From assembly GCA_964106645.2 (NCBI GenBank), contig OZ067039.1: a DNA stretch of 64,000 nt; one strand, written 5' to 3'. Made by a program: the position numbers and the translations under genes. A model generated the notes under the pieces. The model was given only the letters and a program-made list of their open reading frames with translations. It was not told the origin of the DNA and did no database searches. Of this stretch, positions 12,291 through 24,664 are shown in pieces (the first letter of the stretch is position 1; the number at the start of each line of letters is the position of its first letter). The stretch comes from Podarcis pityusensis (lineage: Eukaryota).

Positions 12291-15200
12291 ACCCTCGTGG
12301 ACAGGAGGACGGGTCAGGAAAGGGGCTGCGGGTGCCTACCAGCCTCCGGAATCGCAGCTCCAACCAAATCCACCTCTCTGCGTCTGAGCCTGTCCACCAA
12401 ACTCCAGAGCTGTTTCCTCCATCTCTTCTTTCAAAGTCGTCTCCACCTGGTTTCATTAGGGGGAGGGAGGGTAGGAATCTGGGGGCAGGGAGGAAGAGAG
12501 AGAACCTCCAAGCCATTTCTCTTCCTTTTTGCTCTGTCGTTGTGTAAATCCTGGGATGGGGGAAAACAATAACTGTTCTAGATTGAAATGACTCTTTAAA
12601 ACTGATGCTCCTGTTTACTGCTTCATATTGTGACCTGGTTTACTTGGAAACGGCACCACTCAAAGGATTTTCTTCACCACTTATCTGGGGTGGGGTATTC
12701 ACACGCAAAGATCAGAACTCTACCCACCCCCCACAAAAAACCCTCCAAATGCCTTTTCTCTCACTGTTACAAAACAGTTCATCAATAGTCTTTGGAAATT
12801 CCCATACCATTAATGTCATGTTTTACCAAGATGGCAAGTTTGCCTAGGAGTTGACTCAGTGCTCACTATTTGAGGTTTAAGGAGTGTGTTCCAGGGATTA
12901 ACACTGCAGCAGGATCTCCCCTCCCCCTTTTTTGTTTAAAACCATGGAGTTGGTGGGGGAGGTGCTAGAGGTTAGTGGGATTTGCTCAAACGACACAGGT
13001 GTGTTGTTTGGATGAAGAAAAGCTGTTCATCTCCAGGCAGCTGAAGGAGAGGCAGCTGTTCCTGACAGTGGCTCTCATTTCACCAGTGAAGAGGCTTGGG
13101 TCCAGTTCCAGGCCTTACCAGGCAGCCTTGTTTGTGGCACCACAAATCCACATACAGGTCCTGGATTTCACTGTCCACTTTTATGAGTTTTGTAAAGCTG
13201 TTTCTCCCCCAACCTCCTCTGCCTCACTTTGATGGCTCGTTGCCTCACGCTGTTGCAGCCACATGAGAAGATGAGAGCAATTAGAAATCAGGAAGTGCAA
13301 TCCCTGCCCAGTTCCTCTTGGTTGGCTGCTTGACATTCTTAATTTAAGGCTGCCACTTCTTCTTTCTTTCATGTCACCTCCATGTATAGCTCTGGTATGC
13401 TTTACCACACATTGCCACACCAGCGCCTCACCTTGCAATTGGCTCCCAGCCAAATGGCCGCATCAACTTACCTAGCTGTTGCTCTGACTTACAGGAACTG
13501 CCTTTTCTCAAGCTAGATGGTTCCAAACGTTACATTCAGCCGGCTGTCGGCTGTGAAGCCTTTGGGCTCCTTGGCCCAGTGACGCATTTGCTCAGGTGTC
13601 GTCCTCCTCCTCCCTCGATCGTGACACCTGCACTGGCACCAGTAGGTTACGATGCAAAACCACGCTGATCCTTAGCTATACAGTAAAGCTTTGCCAAGCT
13701 AAGGGAATATTGGCACTTTCAAAGGATGCTGAATGCTGAACGGCTTGTCTTCTTCATGGGATGCACTTTCCCCGTGACAGATGTTGTTCACCATGGCGGG
13801 AATGTTCTGTGCCCCAGAATGATTGCTGCAGATCCATGTAAACCAGGTGGAAGGAAGGGGCAGCTGCTGGTGTGAGGGTGTTACCCATGTGCAGGGGGGC
13901 TGGAGCAGCTCATGACGGAAGGGCAGTTGCATTGCCAGGGGTGGTGGTGGTGGTGGTGGTGGTAGAAGTCTTCTCAGTCCGCTCTGAATGCAAGAGTAGA
14001 AGTAGGCCCTGACTCAGCTCAAGCCAGCAACGTGACCCAGATTGGGGACTTCTGAAAACCATTGTAGTAGATGACGATGTGTTCATTCCATGGGGGTCAC
14101 TGAATTTAACGTGCATGATTAAACTTCTCCTTCTGACCCCTGGGGAGCTTCTTAGTGGTCTGTTTCGTGTCTCATAAAAAAAAAAAACAACCTCCACACA
14201 AATGCTAAGCCTTTTTTCCTCCCTTTTCTCTTTTTTCTTTTCTTACATAGCCAATTGTGTGGTGTTAGCTTGATGGCTTTGAATCGTGATTTCTTCCCTG
14301 CCCCTCCCTCCACCCCCCTTTTATGAAGTCAGTGTATTCTTTTGAAGTCTACAGAAGAGGCAGATAAGTTAAGCAGCAAAGAATGCTGCAACAGTTGTGA
14401 AGGAAAGAGCCTGGGTTTTCTCTATCTCGCTCATTCCCATGGTGGAAGCAGCTGGGACTTGGGCCTACGATTCAAGAAAGGAAGGGCAGGTTTCTCCAAG
14501 TTCAAAGCACACTGCCCTAGGGCAGTTTCAAGTATCTGGCTTTTTAAAAATGATTTAAAAAATACAGAACAGCTCATGCCATAATTTCAGAGGAGAAACC
14601 TAGATTTTTAGCTCTCCCATAATCTTTTTATTTTCCTGAGAGGTGTGCTGGAAGGATTTGGAAGGACAGTTTCTTCTAACTTTTAAGAATTTCCTCCACA
14701 TTGGGCAGCAGGCCTTGCTTCCAGTATGTAGCGATAAGAAGACATTGATTAGGTTAAAAGATTGGCCTAGCTCAGCATGTCATGTTCAGCCAACAGGATT
14801 CAGATTCAAATAGGGATAATGAAACCCTCTACTGGGGGTTTCCTCTCTCTTTTGCCTATATTTTCTGTGACCAAAACCCAAACTGTCAAGCTACATTCAG
14901 GGACTGCAGTGGTAGGTTGTCTCACAACTCCACCCCCAATTCTTGTTCCTGGAGCACCGTAACTGTTGACAACTCTAGGCCAGGAGTTGCCAAGCTGGTG
15001 CACTCCACATGTCAAACTCCAATCCCATCAGCCCCTGCTAGCATGATGGGAGCTGCATTCAAACAACATATGAAGGACACCACGCTGGCTGTCCCTGCTC
15101 TAGGCTCCCCAGCCGCCATTATTTGGCTTATCCCTAACCCCCCACCTCCAGGTAACAATCCTGTGGGGCGAGTCTGCATTCTAGGTGGAGTGTGCTATGC

Positions 15201-15541
15201 ACGTGTGGGGTTATCTAGCCCACTTGTTCTTTCATTCATGTGCTTCTGGATGTTGCCACCCTCTGTGGGCATTTTTACTGCCACTGTGAGACATAGTGAA
15301 TCAGCGAAAAGCTTTCTTGTCTTGAGATAATGCATACTGGTGCCTCTGTCATCCCATTCCCTCAGGAATGTGCAAGAAGTCCAACATTTTTAAGAGCATC
15401 TACCCAAGGCCCCAAGCAAAGGGACATCCAGATGTGAGCATTTGCTGACTCAGATGCATTTTCCATTCTGTAGCTGGAAGATGGTAACCAGCATGTCACA
15501 GAGGATACATTTCTTTGGGATCCCCACCGCTGCCAAAGATT

Positions 15542-15547
15542 AATAAA
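15542..15547 (+). terminator. Candidate TWF2 polyadenylation signal AATAAA (alternative ATTAAA at 14118-14123)
   Basis: First canonical AATAAA I found after the TWF2 stop codon; usage is not verifiable from sequence alone. Confidence 0.4.
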
Positions 15548-15739
15548 ACAAGGATTTCATTCCATTTTAAGTTTGTCTAGCAAGGTCACTGTTGACATGT
15601 TCTCTGCCATGTTGCATTTTATGGATTAGCCCCGTGTTCATTATCCCACAACATGTCCCAAAGGAATTTGGTGGCTAAAGCAACCAAGACCCAGCTTGGC
15701 CTTGTGTGATATTTGGACTCCATTAGATTGGTCTGAATC

Positions 15740-18700
15740 TATTCTTTTGCTGTATTAATTCAGAACATTACCATGTAATGGTGATGGTCCAATCAGCAAC
15801 CTCAAGTGCATGATCAGTTATAATTTAAGGACCTATCAGAACTTCCATGAAGGAAAAAGAGAGAATTGGTAGCCTACATCTCAGTACTCCCTTTCTTGTC
15901 TCATTTTCTCCTCTCCACTAACACTAAAGGCCAAATCTCAGGATTTCAGAGAGACTAGTTACAGAATTGTTGTGTCTCCCACCGCCTACCCACTGACCCA
16001 TGAACATGACTGGTGCCTGTGGTTACTCCACTATGTGATCTAAATATCTGGAGCTTCTCTCTTTTATGGAGGGGTAACCCTTGTTTCCGAGGTGACGAGA
16101 AGACTTTCAAAATCAGCCATGCTGGATGAAGATCACAATTATGTGACAATCCCATAAATATCCAGTCTTCCCGCACCCCATCCTTCACAAGTATCCATCC
16201 AATCTGCACAATAGAAAACTCCCCACACACACACCTTACCTGTTTTGGAGGAAACACCCCAGCACTGGAACACTTCTAAGCTGGAGAGGAATGTTCCTCT
16301 GAGCATGGGATATCCTTCCTCCCATGGGTATCCTCAGGTATATCTGCCTGTGGAAATCATTTCCCACCCCTAAAACATTCTCTAAATTTATTAGGCTGGA
16401 TCAGAATCAATGAGTCAAGATAACGTCATAATTTTGCCATCTAGGAGTCAAGTCAGAGAAACAGAAGACATGGTTTCTTCCCTTTTAAAATGTTTCAGTT
16501 TATTTTAGTGGGCCCACTAATATTGCATCATTATGGTGGCCAAGGTAGTTGCTGTGCTCTCATTTGGAACTTGTTTTGACTTGAATCGTTTTGGCACTAT
16601 ATGGAAGCCCAGGGGCAATGTTTTGAAGGGCCCCAAAGTGGCAGGAGCCCATAGAGCGTTGAGACTATGCTGCTACTGAAGAACGGTAGAGTATTCCTGC
16701 ACATGCTCGGTGGAGGCTGTGATAGATTTAGTGCACACTCTGCTCTAGCAGGTGCTTAGCTGTAGTGGCTGAAAGGCAGGGCCAATGGACAGCATGGTAA
16801 AAGTGATGAGTTCTTTGCAGCCGTCACTTGACGGTAACTTGCCACAGTGACGAGCAGGCCAGAAACTACGACTACCTTATTCACACTAACAGCACGCAGA
16901 ATCTTAACATGAGCACCAGAGGTTTGGAGAAACTTAGGAAATGCACATTCCTGATTGGACTGGGTGATGATGTGGATTTGTAGATTATGGGGGAGGCAGG
17001 GCACACTGTACTGAATGCTGTATTTTCTAAAAAATAAAAAGTATTTTTAAAACAGTTGGTTTTTGTGTATTTCTTTAGTAGGTTGAGGCAGCTGCCAGCC
17101 CTGTGTTGGCTACTTGAAAGTGCACTATGCAAAGACCGCAACCTGGCAGAGACTCAGTCATTGGTGGTACTGAGGTGGTACTTCCGGTGGCTATTTCCGT
17201 GCACCAAAGGGAGATGGTGCTCCATTTGCTTCTAACAGCCCATCTCCCAAACTCTGTCGCCACTCAGTTTACTGACTCGTTTCGAGAATGTTGCTGATGT
17301 TCTTCTGCCTTCTTGGCTGGTTCCAGCACAGCAAAGTGTACAGCAAGCAGAGAAACGTGAGATCTGTTTCTTTTGTTGTTTCGCAGCTGCTCAGGAAAAT
17401 CACAAAATATCCCTTTGATTTACTGCATAGAAAAGCTGTTCATCATCAGCATGCGCTCAAGGCTGAGAGCAACTTGCCCAAGTTAGAGTAGGTGTTTTGC
17501 AAGAGCATGAGGAGGAAGAATATTCCTCTGAAATAGAATGTACACACTTGACCCCAAGTGTACTTAACAATAGCTGAAACTTGACATTTTGGTGCGTATT
17601 CCTGCTCTGAGAGATCTTGAGGACGAGTAGTTCTATTTGCTGTGAATTTTGTAATAAGTAGGGTAAATTCCTAAGTGAGTGGAAGGAGGCATTCACCCAT
17701 GTAATCTGGGTGGCTGCTCCCAGACTCTGGAGAAGGTAGACTGGCTCCCTCTTAGCGGTCTGGAAGACCTTGTTCCAACAGGTTTTGCGGAATTGACTGC
17801 TTTTAATGAAAGGGCTGGTGTTGTGTTCTTTGTGTTGTGATTAGTCGTATGTTTAAAACCAATTTTATATATCTATCGAGTTTTAATTCTATTCATGTTT
17901 AATTGTTTTTTAATGCTAGTCTCCCCCCCCCCCCCTGTTTTTAGCAATTCTTGTTTTTATCTATAAGCTGCCCTGAGTCCCATTTGGGGGGTGGGGGGGG
18001 AGTGGGGTATAAATAAATAAATACATAATATGAATCCTGTTTATGTTCCCAAAATCAAGCCAGAGCTGCCATGCGCATAATGGGACACAGTTATGGATCC
18101 TGTTCTTGTTCCTGTATGAGATCAATTTCATTCTGAATCTCTTTATTCTCAGCACTAAGAACAGCTTAGTGCTGAGAATACTAGTGCTAACTAGTTTTAG
18201 GCACCTGTAGACCACAGTCTACTTCATCATAGGTGTGATAGGATGAGGGTTTCTTCAATAAGCTTGATGTGACATTCTGGCACATTGAGGTGAGTGAGGG
18301 GGACACTAGGAGGAAGACACAGAAGTTCACATGTTCTGCACATGATAGCAAGTCTGGCAGGTGAGGCCCTAAGAAATATGGGTTGAGTGGCAAGGTGTCT
18401 TCATAGCAAAGCTACCCCCCAACTGCTTTGCTAGGACTGCAACTCAACCCGGTTTATTTTCAGCCCACATTCTTACCACACCAGTTTGGCCATGGGTCTT
18501 TGAGGGCTCATTTCATGCAATATTCCCCCCCCCCCCTTTTACCTACTTCCTGTAAACTATTATGTGTGTCATAGTGGCCTGTTTTCTAGATTGGTGTTCA
18601 GCCTTGCAAACCCCAGTGTGTGTGTAGCAAGCAGGTGTGTAAATTATGAATCAACCCCAGCCGATAAGCATGCGTTCAGTTTCTAGGTAAAGGTCACTGT

Positions 18701-19320
18701 ACTAATTTAGTCAAGCCTTTTCCTTAAGCGTTTGCAGTAGCCAGCTTGACAACAAGAATACAAGTTTGTGTCTCTGGAATGTGCAAGGGACAAGTTGGAG
18801 CAAAGGCAGGAATGCAGACCCCTCATAAAAAGGGAGCTATTGTCTGTAGGCAGCATGTAAGATCACCTAATTGCTCTAAACTTAACCAGCAGTGTATAAT
18901 CGTTAACTTCGCTGCAACTCTGTGGGAGGGCCAGAGCCAAAGGAATGTGATTGCCAGTTCCAGAAAACAGCAAGTGCTGGCTTGTGCGCAGTCAGGTCTT
19001 CCTGCCCATTGATTCAGACTCTTGTTTTCATTGATGCTGCATGCCTTGGTTGTATTCTGGCTGTAACTGGGGGTGCCGCCTTCTTTTCATGAGAGCCTCC
19101 ATGCCTTCAGCAGCTGTGTGATACCCAGGCATTAAATAGGTTTTGCCAAGGATGGGGAATGTGAAACATGCTGAATTCCTGCCTGTCAACACAGATATGG
19201 AAGCTTCTGTTTTCCATTTGGGATTGCCACCCTTTCTCAGTCTCTCTCCTGGGGTCTCTCGGTGCTTAAAAGGAGATGGCAGTCATTGCCTGCTGGGTAG
19301 ATTTTGGTGCTGCTTAGCTT
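15740..19320 (+). pseudogene. TLR9: Highly decayed TLR9 pseudogene (remnant of the single large coding exon)
   Basis: Collinear motifs broken by stops and frameshifts: TLPC (15768), RIGSLHLS (15862), FMEG/NPC (16063), CGNHFPPL/TFSKFIRLD (16349-16401), TWFLPF*NVSV (16468), FDLLHRK..HHQHAL..NLPKLE (17414-17488), NLTF/VRIPALRDL (17578-17618), DEGFFNK (18242), AFAV (18728), SSRKQQVLACAQSGL (18956-19000), LQQLC (19105). Same strand as TWF2 and between TWF2 and ALAS1, as for mammalian TLR9. Confidence 0.7.
17680..18022 (+). mobile_element. Old L2-type 3' end inserted into the TLR9 remnant
   Basis: gtggctgctcccagactctgg...taagctgccctgag...ggggtataaataaataaata tail. Confidence 0.55.
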
Positions 19321-22111
19321 GCTTTTGAAGGTAACTCTGAATATCAATCAGTTCAGCTGGAGCACTGGAAGGAGGTAAGGTGGCTTTGCAAATGAATGGA
19401 CTTCAAACTTTGAAGACACAGGTATGTTGCCTGGTTTGTTTGTTTTTAAGCAACACACACACACCAGATGTTTGCATCTTGATCCTATTGGTATTTAGCA
19501 AAACCTTCCATTCTCAGTCTTTTTGGGTCTTGTAGGTAATGACCTAGTTGCTTGAAGACTTTATCCACAAGACAGCCTGGACTCATAACAAATTTTAATT
19601 CCATCTCGTGGAAAATAATGTTCCCCTTAGATTACATAAATTGGTTATCCTTGGTTTATAAGGCCCTGGAACCATTTTTCATGATTACAGGGGACAGATG
19701 CTCTCTAAGGGGGGGGGGAGTCTGCTGTCTTCTAATGCAGGGATAAACACAACTTCTGTATTCTGACCAGGTTTTACACTCGCACACCATCATGTCCCAG
19801 AATGCCAGCCTTGTAATGGGTCCCCCACACCCCTTTCCCAGCTTTTGCCAATGTATTCTTGCAAAATCCAGGAAATGGAAGAATAATTCATTTGATGATG
19901 TTTGTATATCAGTGCCATCAAGGAAATGAACATACCTTTTTGGCCTTGTGTTGGAAAATATACACCTGACTTTCCCTGGCAATTGTGATCAAAAGGTGTG
20001 GTAGACCCCTCCCCTTCCCATGCCTGTTAAAAGTGGAAGCTAGGACTGGACCTCCTGTCTAATCCTTTGTTTTTTTGATCTCATAAGCATAGGACAGAAA
20101 AGTTTGACTTGTTAAGGCAGGTGGAGAAACTACTTCAACGTCTGAATGAATACTGAAAACTACATGGCGTATAACCAACCAAAAATAAAATAAATGGAAG
20201 CGCTAGCGATGGGATGAACGTGAATGCTTGCTATCTCAGCATTTCCCAGGCCATCTTTCATGTGTTACTATTCTCCCATCATGGCTTAAATGGATGATCA
20301 AATATTGTGTAAATCTAAGTTGCAGCTTTTAATCATCTGGAGGGCCACAAGGTTCCACTATCTAGATCAATCTTGCGGCTGATGCTTGGGGGAACATCTT
20401 ACTGCCCACCCCCTCTGCCTCTTTTCCTATATGTAGCAGCAGTCCAGGACCAAAGGATAAGGTGGTGGCAGCAAAGATCCTTCCACTCACTCCTCCTTTT
20501 CATGACCCTTTGTTTTGTTCCTGCTCCCATCCCTGCTGCATAGCACAGACAAAAATGGCTGGGCCTGGGCAGGGGGAGAATTGATAAAACCAGGAGAGGA
20601 CCTGCTGAAGGGAGCTGTGTCTGTGCTTCTCCTGCAACATTAGAGCTATGTGCCTGTGACTCTAGATTTGAGTTAACACCATGCACAGAGATTGCGATGG
20701 CGGTGGCAGCAGCTCCTGAAAACACTGCTATAGATGTTGATGAGCTACAAGTCTCATCAGCCCCAGCCAGCATGGTGAATGATCATGGATCTTGAGAGCT
20801 GTGGCCCTGCAAATGTTTCTGGACTACACGATCCCCATCCCTACAGGAAAGATGGGGAACATTTGCTATTGAGGGCTGCATTCTCTTACAGGTAAGTGTT
20901 CAGGGAAGCAGGGCAGCTGTGGGCAGGGCTGAAGCCAGCAGGGGAGAAGAACCACTTCTTTTCTTCCACCCTTTCTCCCTGCTCAGCTGGCTGCCGGAGA
21001 AGTAGATTGCTGTTACCAGGAGTCTAACCTGGTTCTCTTGCAGAAGGCCTTTGGAATTAGGCTAGGTCTGCAGGTGGCCCACCCTAGTCTAGATCATAGT
21101 TTCTCATCTGGTGCGCCACAAACTCCATTCAGGTTGTCAAACAGTTTAGAGTATCTGTATTTGGCTCTGCAATTGATTTATTCTTTGTGGCGACTGAGAT
21201 TAAGGCTTTTGACCTGAGATTACAGCTGACAAACATGACACCTGAGAGTACAGAACTTCGCTCAGAAAAACAGGCGCATCCATCGCAGTTGGAAAACAAA
21301 GACTACTCTTACAGTCTGTCAAGAACCTCCATGCACCCAATTTTTACATGGTCCATGGGTTTGTGGTAAGGGGGGGACGTCTGAGAGCCACTGATCTTGA
21401 ACAGTGGTGGTTATGGCGTTCAGTAGGTGACAATATTGAAATGCTAGGTCAATCTGTGTCACATGAAAAATATTTACTTTAAAAAGTTTTTTTAATCTTG
21501 CCCCCGCTTAATAAGAGAGGTAGCTTGACGTATACAAACGCACATCAGACAGACACACATCAGTTAAACAGTACCAATCACATTTGGAGGACTCCTATCT
21601 GGTTCAAGTAGGAAATTTCTTCTGTATAAATAATCTGCTTAAATACAGTACAGTGCTGTTAAAGGTGACTGTGCCATTATTTAACTGTTATAAATATCAG
21701 ATCCTGACTGAATTAACTTTTGTTTTTTTAAAAAAACAATTAGAAAACCACTGTTCTTGTCACAGTTTAGGAAAATATGCAATGCTGAATATTAAAGCTG
21801 CAGCTATGCTGGTGAAGAGAATTACAAAACTTTAAAAGAAAATCTTCAGTGTGTTGGAAGAATAGAATCCTGCATAGGTCATGGAAGTTGTTGGAGGGTA
21901 AAATCCATATGTGCTCACTTTTCCAGAGAAACACAACAAGGAGAAGGAACATCAGTGGGAGCCACAGATCACTTCACAACACCTTTGTCACCAAAAACCA
22001 TGCTTGTCTTGGTCTTCCCTTCTCACCAATATGCAGAGAGTCATGGGATCCACTTCACCCCTGTGGGCTTCACACAAAAAATCCACATGTATCACAACTG
22101 GTCCAAATGGC

Positions 22112-22504
22112 TCACAAACAACACCCCCACAGTGTGGACAGGAGCACCCCAAGAATTAACCAATCACTTGTTCGCAGCCAGAAGCCCCGCCCCCGGGCAG
22201 AGCAGCGCTCTCCATTCCAGCCCTGGTAACAGTGACACACAAACTCTTCTCTCATTTTGTCCTCCTGCCAACGTCTCAATTGCCCCCTCACCAGCACTCG
22301 GGTTTGGTTGCCCTCTGCTACTGTTTGGATCTGGAAGGTGTCAGGGCTGAGGTGCAAGTAGCTGTCCGAGTCCATCCATCGGCGAACGCAGCGGCCATGG
22401 CTGTTGCAGATCTTCTGGCTGCAAAGTTTGGTCGCCGTGGTCACGTTGACAATATAAGGGCCTAAAGTGCTATTCAGGTAGTCCTGAATCTTTAAGCAGT
22501 TGGT
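22112..22504 (-). CDS. Hyaluronidase last coding exon (EGF-like domain plus hydrophobic GPI-type tail)
   Basis: Acceptor tttccctcacag; TNCLKIQDYLNSTLGPYIVNVT...CSQKICNSHGRC...CHCYQGWNGERC, then hydrophobic WLILGVLLSTLWGCCL*. Confidence 0.93.
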   Translation of the reverse strand, partial: TNCLKIQDYLNSTLGPYIVNVTTATKLCSQKICNSHGRCVRRWMDSDSYLHLSPDTFQIQTVAEGNQTRVLVRGQLRRWQEDKMREEFVCHCYQGWNGERCSARGRGFWLRTSDWLILGVLLSTLWGCCL

Positions 22505-22684
22505 CTGTGAGGGAAACAGTTATTACAAGAGTTAACAAAGAGCTACAAATGCCAGAGAAAGTCTGTGATGCAAAACTAAATAAATCTATTAGAAAATACT
22601 GGAATTTAATTGCATTGGGGACTTGTTTATTCCTATTTGACTAGCACTTAAAATGTCCTAATTGAGGCTGGGGTCCTGTGGAAT

Positions 22685-22687
<3 letters not shown>

Positions 22688-22723
<36 letters not shown>

Positions 22724-23068
22724 TATTATTTATACCCTGCCCATCTGGCTGAGTTTCCCCAGCCACTCTGGGCGGCTCCCAATCGAATATTAAAAACAAT
22801 ACAGCATTAAATATTAAAAACTTCCCTAAACAGGGCTGGCTTCAGATGTCTTTTAAAAGTAGGATAGTTGCTTATTTCTTTGACATCTGATGGGAGGGCG
22901 TTCCACAGGGCAGACGCCACTACCGAGAAGGCCTCTGCCTGGTTCCTTGTAACCTCACTTCTGGCAATGAGGGAACCGCCAAAAGGCCCTCGGTGCTGGA
23001 TCTCAGTGTCCAGGCTGAACAATGCGGGGGGGGGGGCGCAACGCTCCTTCGGGTATACAGGACCGAGG
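22688..23068 (-). mobile_element. L2-type LINE 3' end with (AAT)n tail
   Basis: Same family as 6.6 kb and 42.7 kb; minus-strand translation AFSVVASALWNALP...FKRHLK is a typical L2 ORF2 C-terminus. Confidence 0.75.
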
Positions 23069-23612
23069 CCACAAAATCCTCACAAAGGGGTTGATTCTGC
23101 CTTAAAATTATTCCCTTAGCATTACACAGGAGGGTCTGTTACAGGAGAGGTTTTGTAGTTCATTCTGTAACTTAAATATAGCACCTGAACACTGGCTGCA
23201 TACCAATGTCTAGGCCAAAAGTTCTCATGACAGTGGCAAATCTGTATCGGGGTGCAGCATTTCAGACTGTAGGAAAAGGGTTGTTGTTGTTTTTAAATAC
23301 CCCTTGCATATCAGGAGCTAGGATGTCAAGGAAAAGACTAGTCTAGAAACCTTCTCCCTGACATTTTTTTTTAACATGCAAGGAATTTGTGTATCTGCAG
23401 ATGTGCATATAGAAGAGCAAGCAGCGCTGTGTGAAGTTAGAACATTTTAAATACCCCATGGTACTCTCTGCTAGTCTTTTAAGTAGCCAGTATACAAAGT
23501 AGAACCTCTGCTTCCTCCCTTTGCCCATCACCTGATGCTGAACAATAAACAAGAGAGATGAAAGAAAAGAATGAGTAAGAAAAGCAGCCTCAAGGCCTGC
23601 TATTAAAATTAC

Positions 23613-23702
23613 CCGGTTGCGAGAATACTCTGCGTCTCCCCAGAGTACAATGCCGTGAGCCCCCATGGCTGCAGCCTGCCCAATGGTGTGCACCAAGTCT
23701 GT
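23613..23702 (-). CDS. Hyaluronidase 90-nt internal exon (TDLVHTIGQAAAMGAHGIVLWG...)
   Basis: Short internal exon typical of HYAL genes, with the IVLWG motif. Boundaries gttctag| and |gtaatt, phase 0-0. Confidence 0.94.
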
Positions 23703-24664
23703 CTAGAACAACAGAAACCAGCACACATTAATTTGCAAGTTTACGGTAAATGCCTAAGCCGTTTTTGGTGGACGTCGGGCACCAGAATATATTTGGTATA
23801 ACGTTTCTCATAGAACTGTTCCCCATACATACAAAGATCTGAGTCAGTTGGCTTATAAAGAAAGGGAGCTTCTACATGAGTATAAATCATGATGCTCAAC
23901 TGAATAAACACAGTTACGAATCCGGGTTTGACTTCTCGTTCTGAAGCTTTGGGACAAAGCCTTCTAGATATTGTTGGACTTCAACTCCAGCCTGCATGGC
24001 CAGTGGTCAGTACAATGAGAGTTGTAATCCAATAAGATCTGGAGGGGCCAGGTCCAGGTTAGCCACCCTGCTTCAAGACATTTACCAGTATTTCTCTTTG
24101 TTCAACCATGAGGGCGACAAACTTACAGGCAATTCACACACTACTTGTATGAAATCAAGCCCTCTAATGCATGTTTTTCAGAAGTGGTCAGTACAGGCAG
24201 CAAGGGCTGGGAAAGGAGGGCCAAGAGTATTGGTAGCAATTCCCAACTATTCACTAAAGCTTTAGCAAGGGCACCATGTTCCACTGCTGCCTTCTCTTTG
24301 GTACTGCCCCCATGGAGAGGCGAGTTGCTGGCAACTTCTGGATCGCATCTCCTTTTGAATTAAAAGCAAAGACCACCAGGAATCTGATATTCGCTCGCAG
24401 TTTGGATATCCTCTATTCCTGCTATAGTCAAGAACAAACACCCAAGCTGTGGATTGTGTCCAGTGCTGCAATAATGGGACTCTGCTCAACACAATAGGAC
24501 ATCCTATCTTCTCGCTGCACGTGCCCCCCCCAAATGCTCTGGAAGGTCCTCTGGGTGGATTTTGATTGTGCACGGGGGCTGCAGAGGAAAGGAGAAGGAA
24601 GTTCGATTGAGCAAACAGAAGCCTGTTGCATGAGCAGAATGGCACCATTGTATACAGCCCAATA

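Noticed and set aside
19299-19316. RFWCCL as TIR box 3 of the TLR9 remnant
   Set aside because: Plausible, but farther from LQQLC than expected, so it was not counted as evidence and the 3' boundary of the pseudogene is uncertain.
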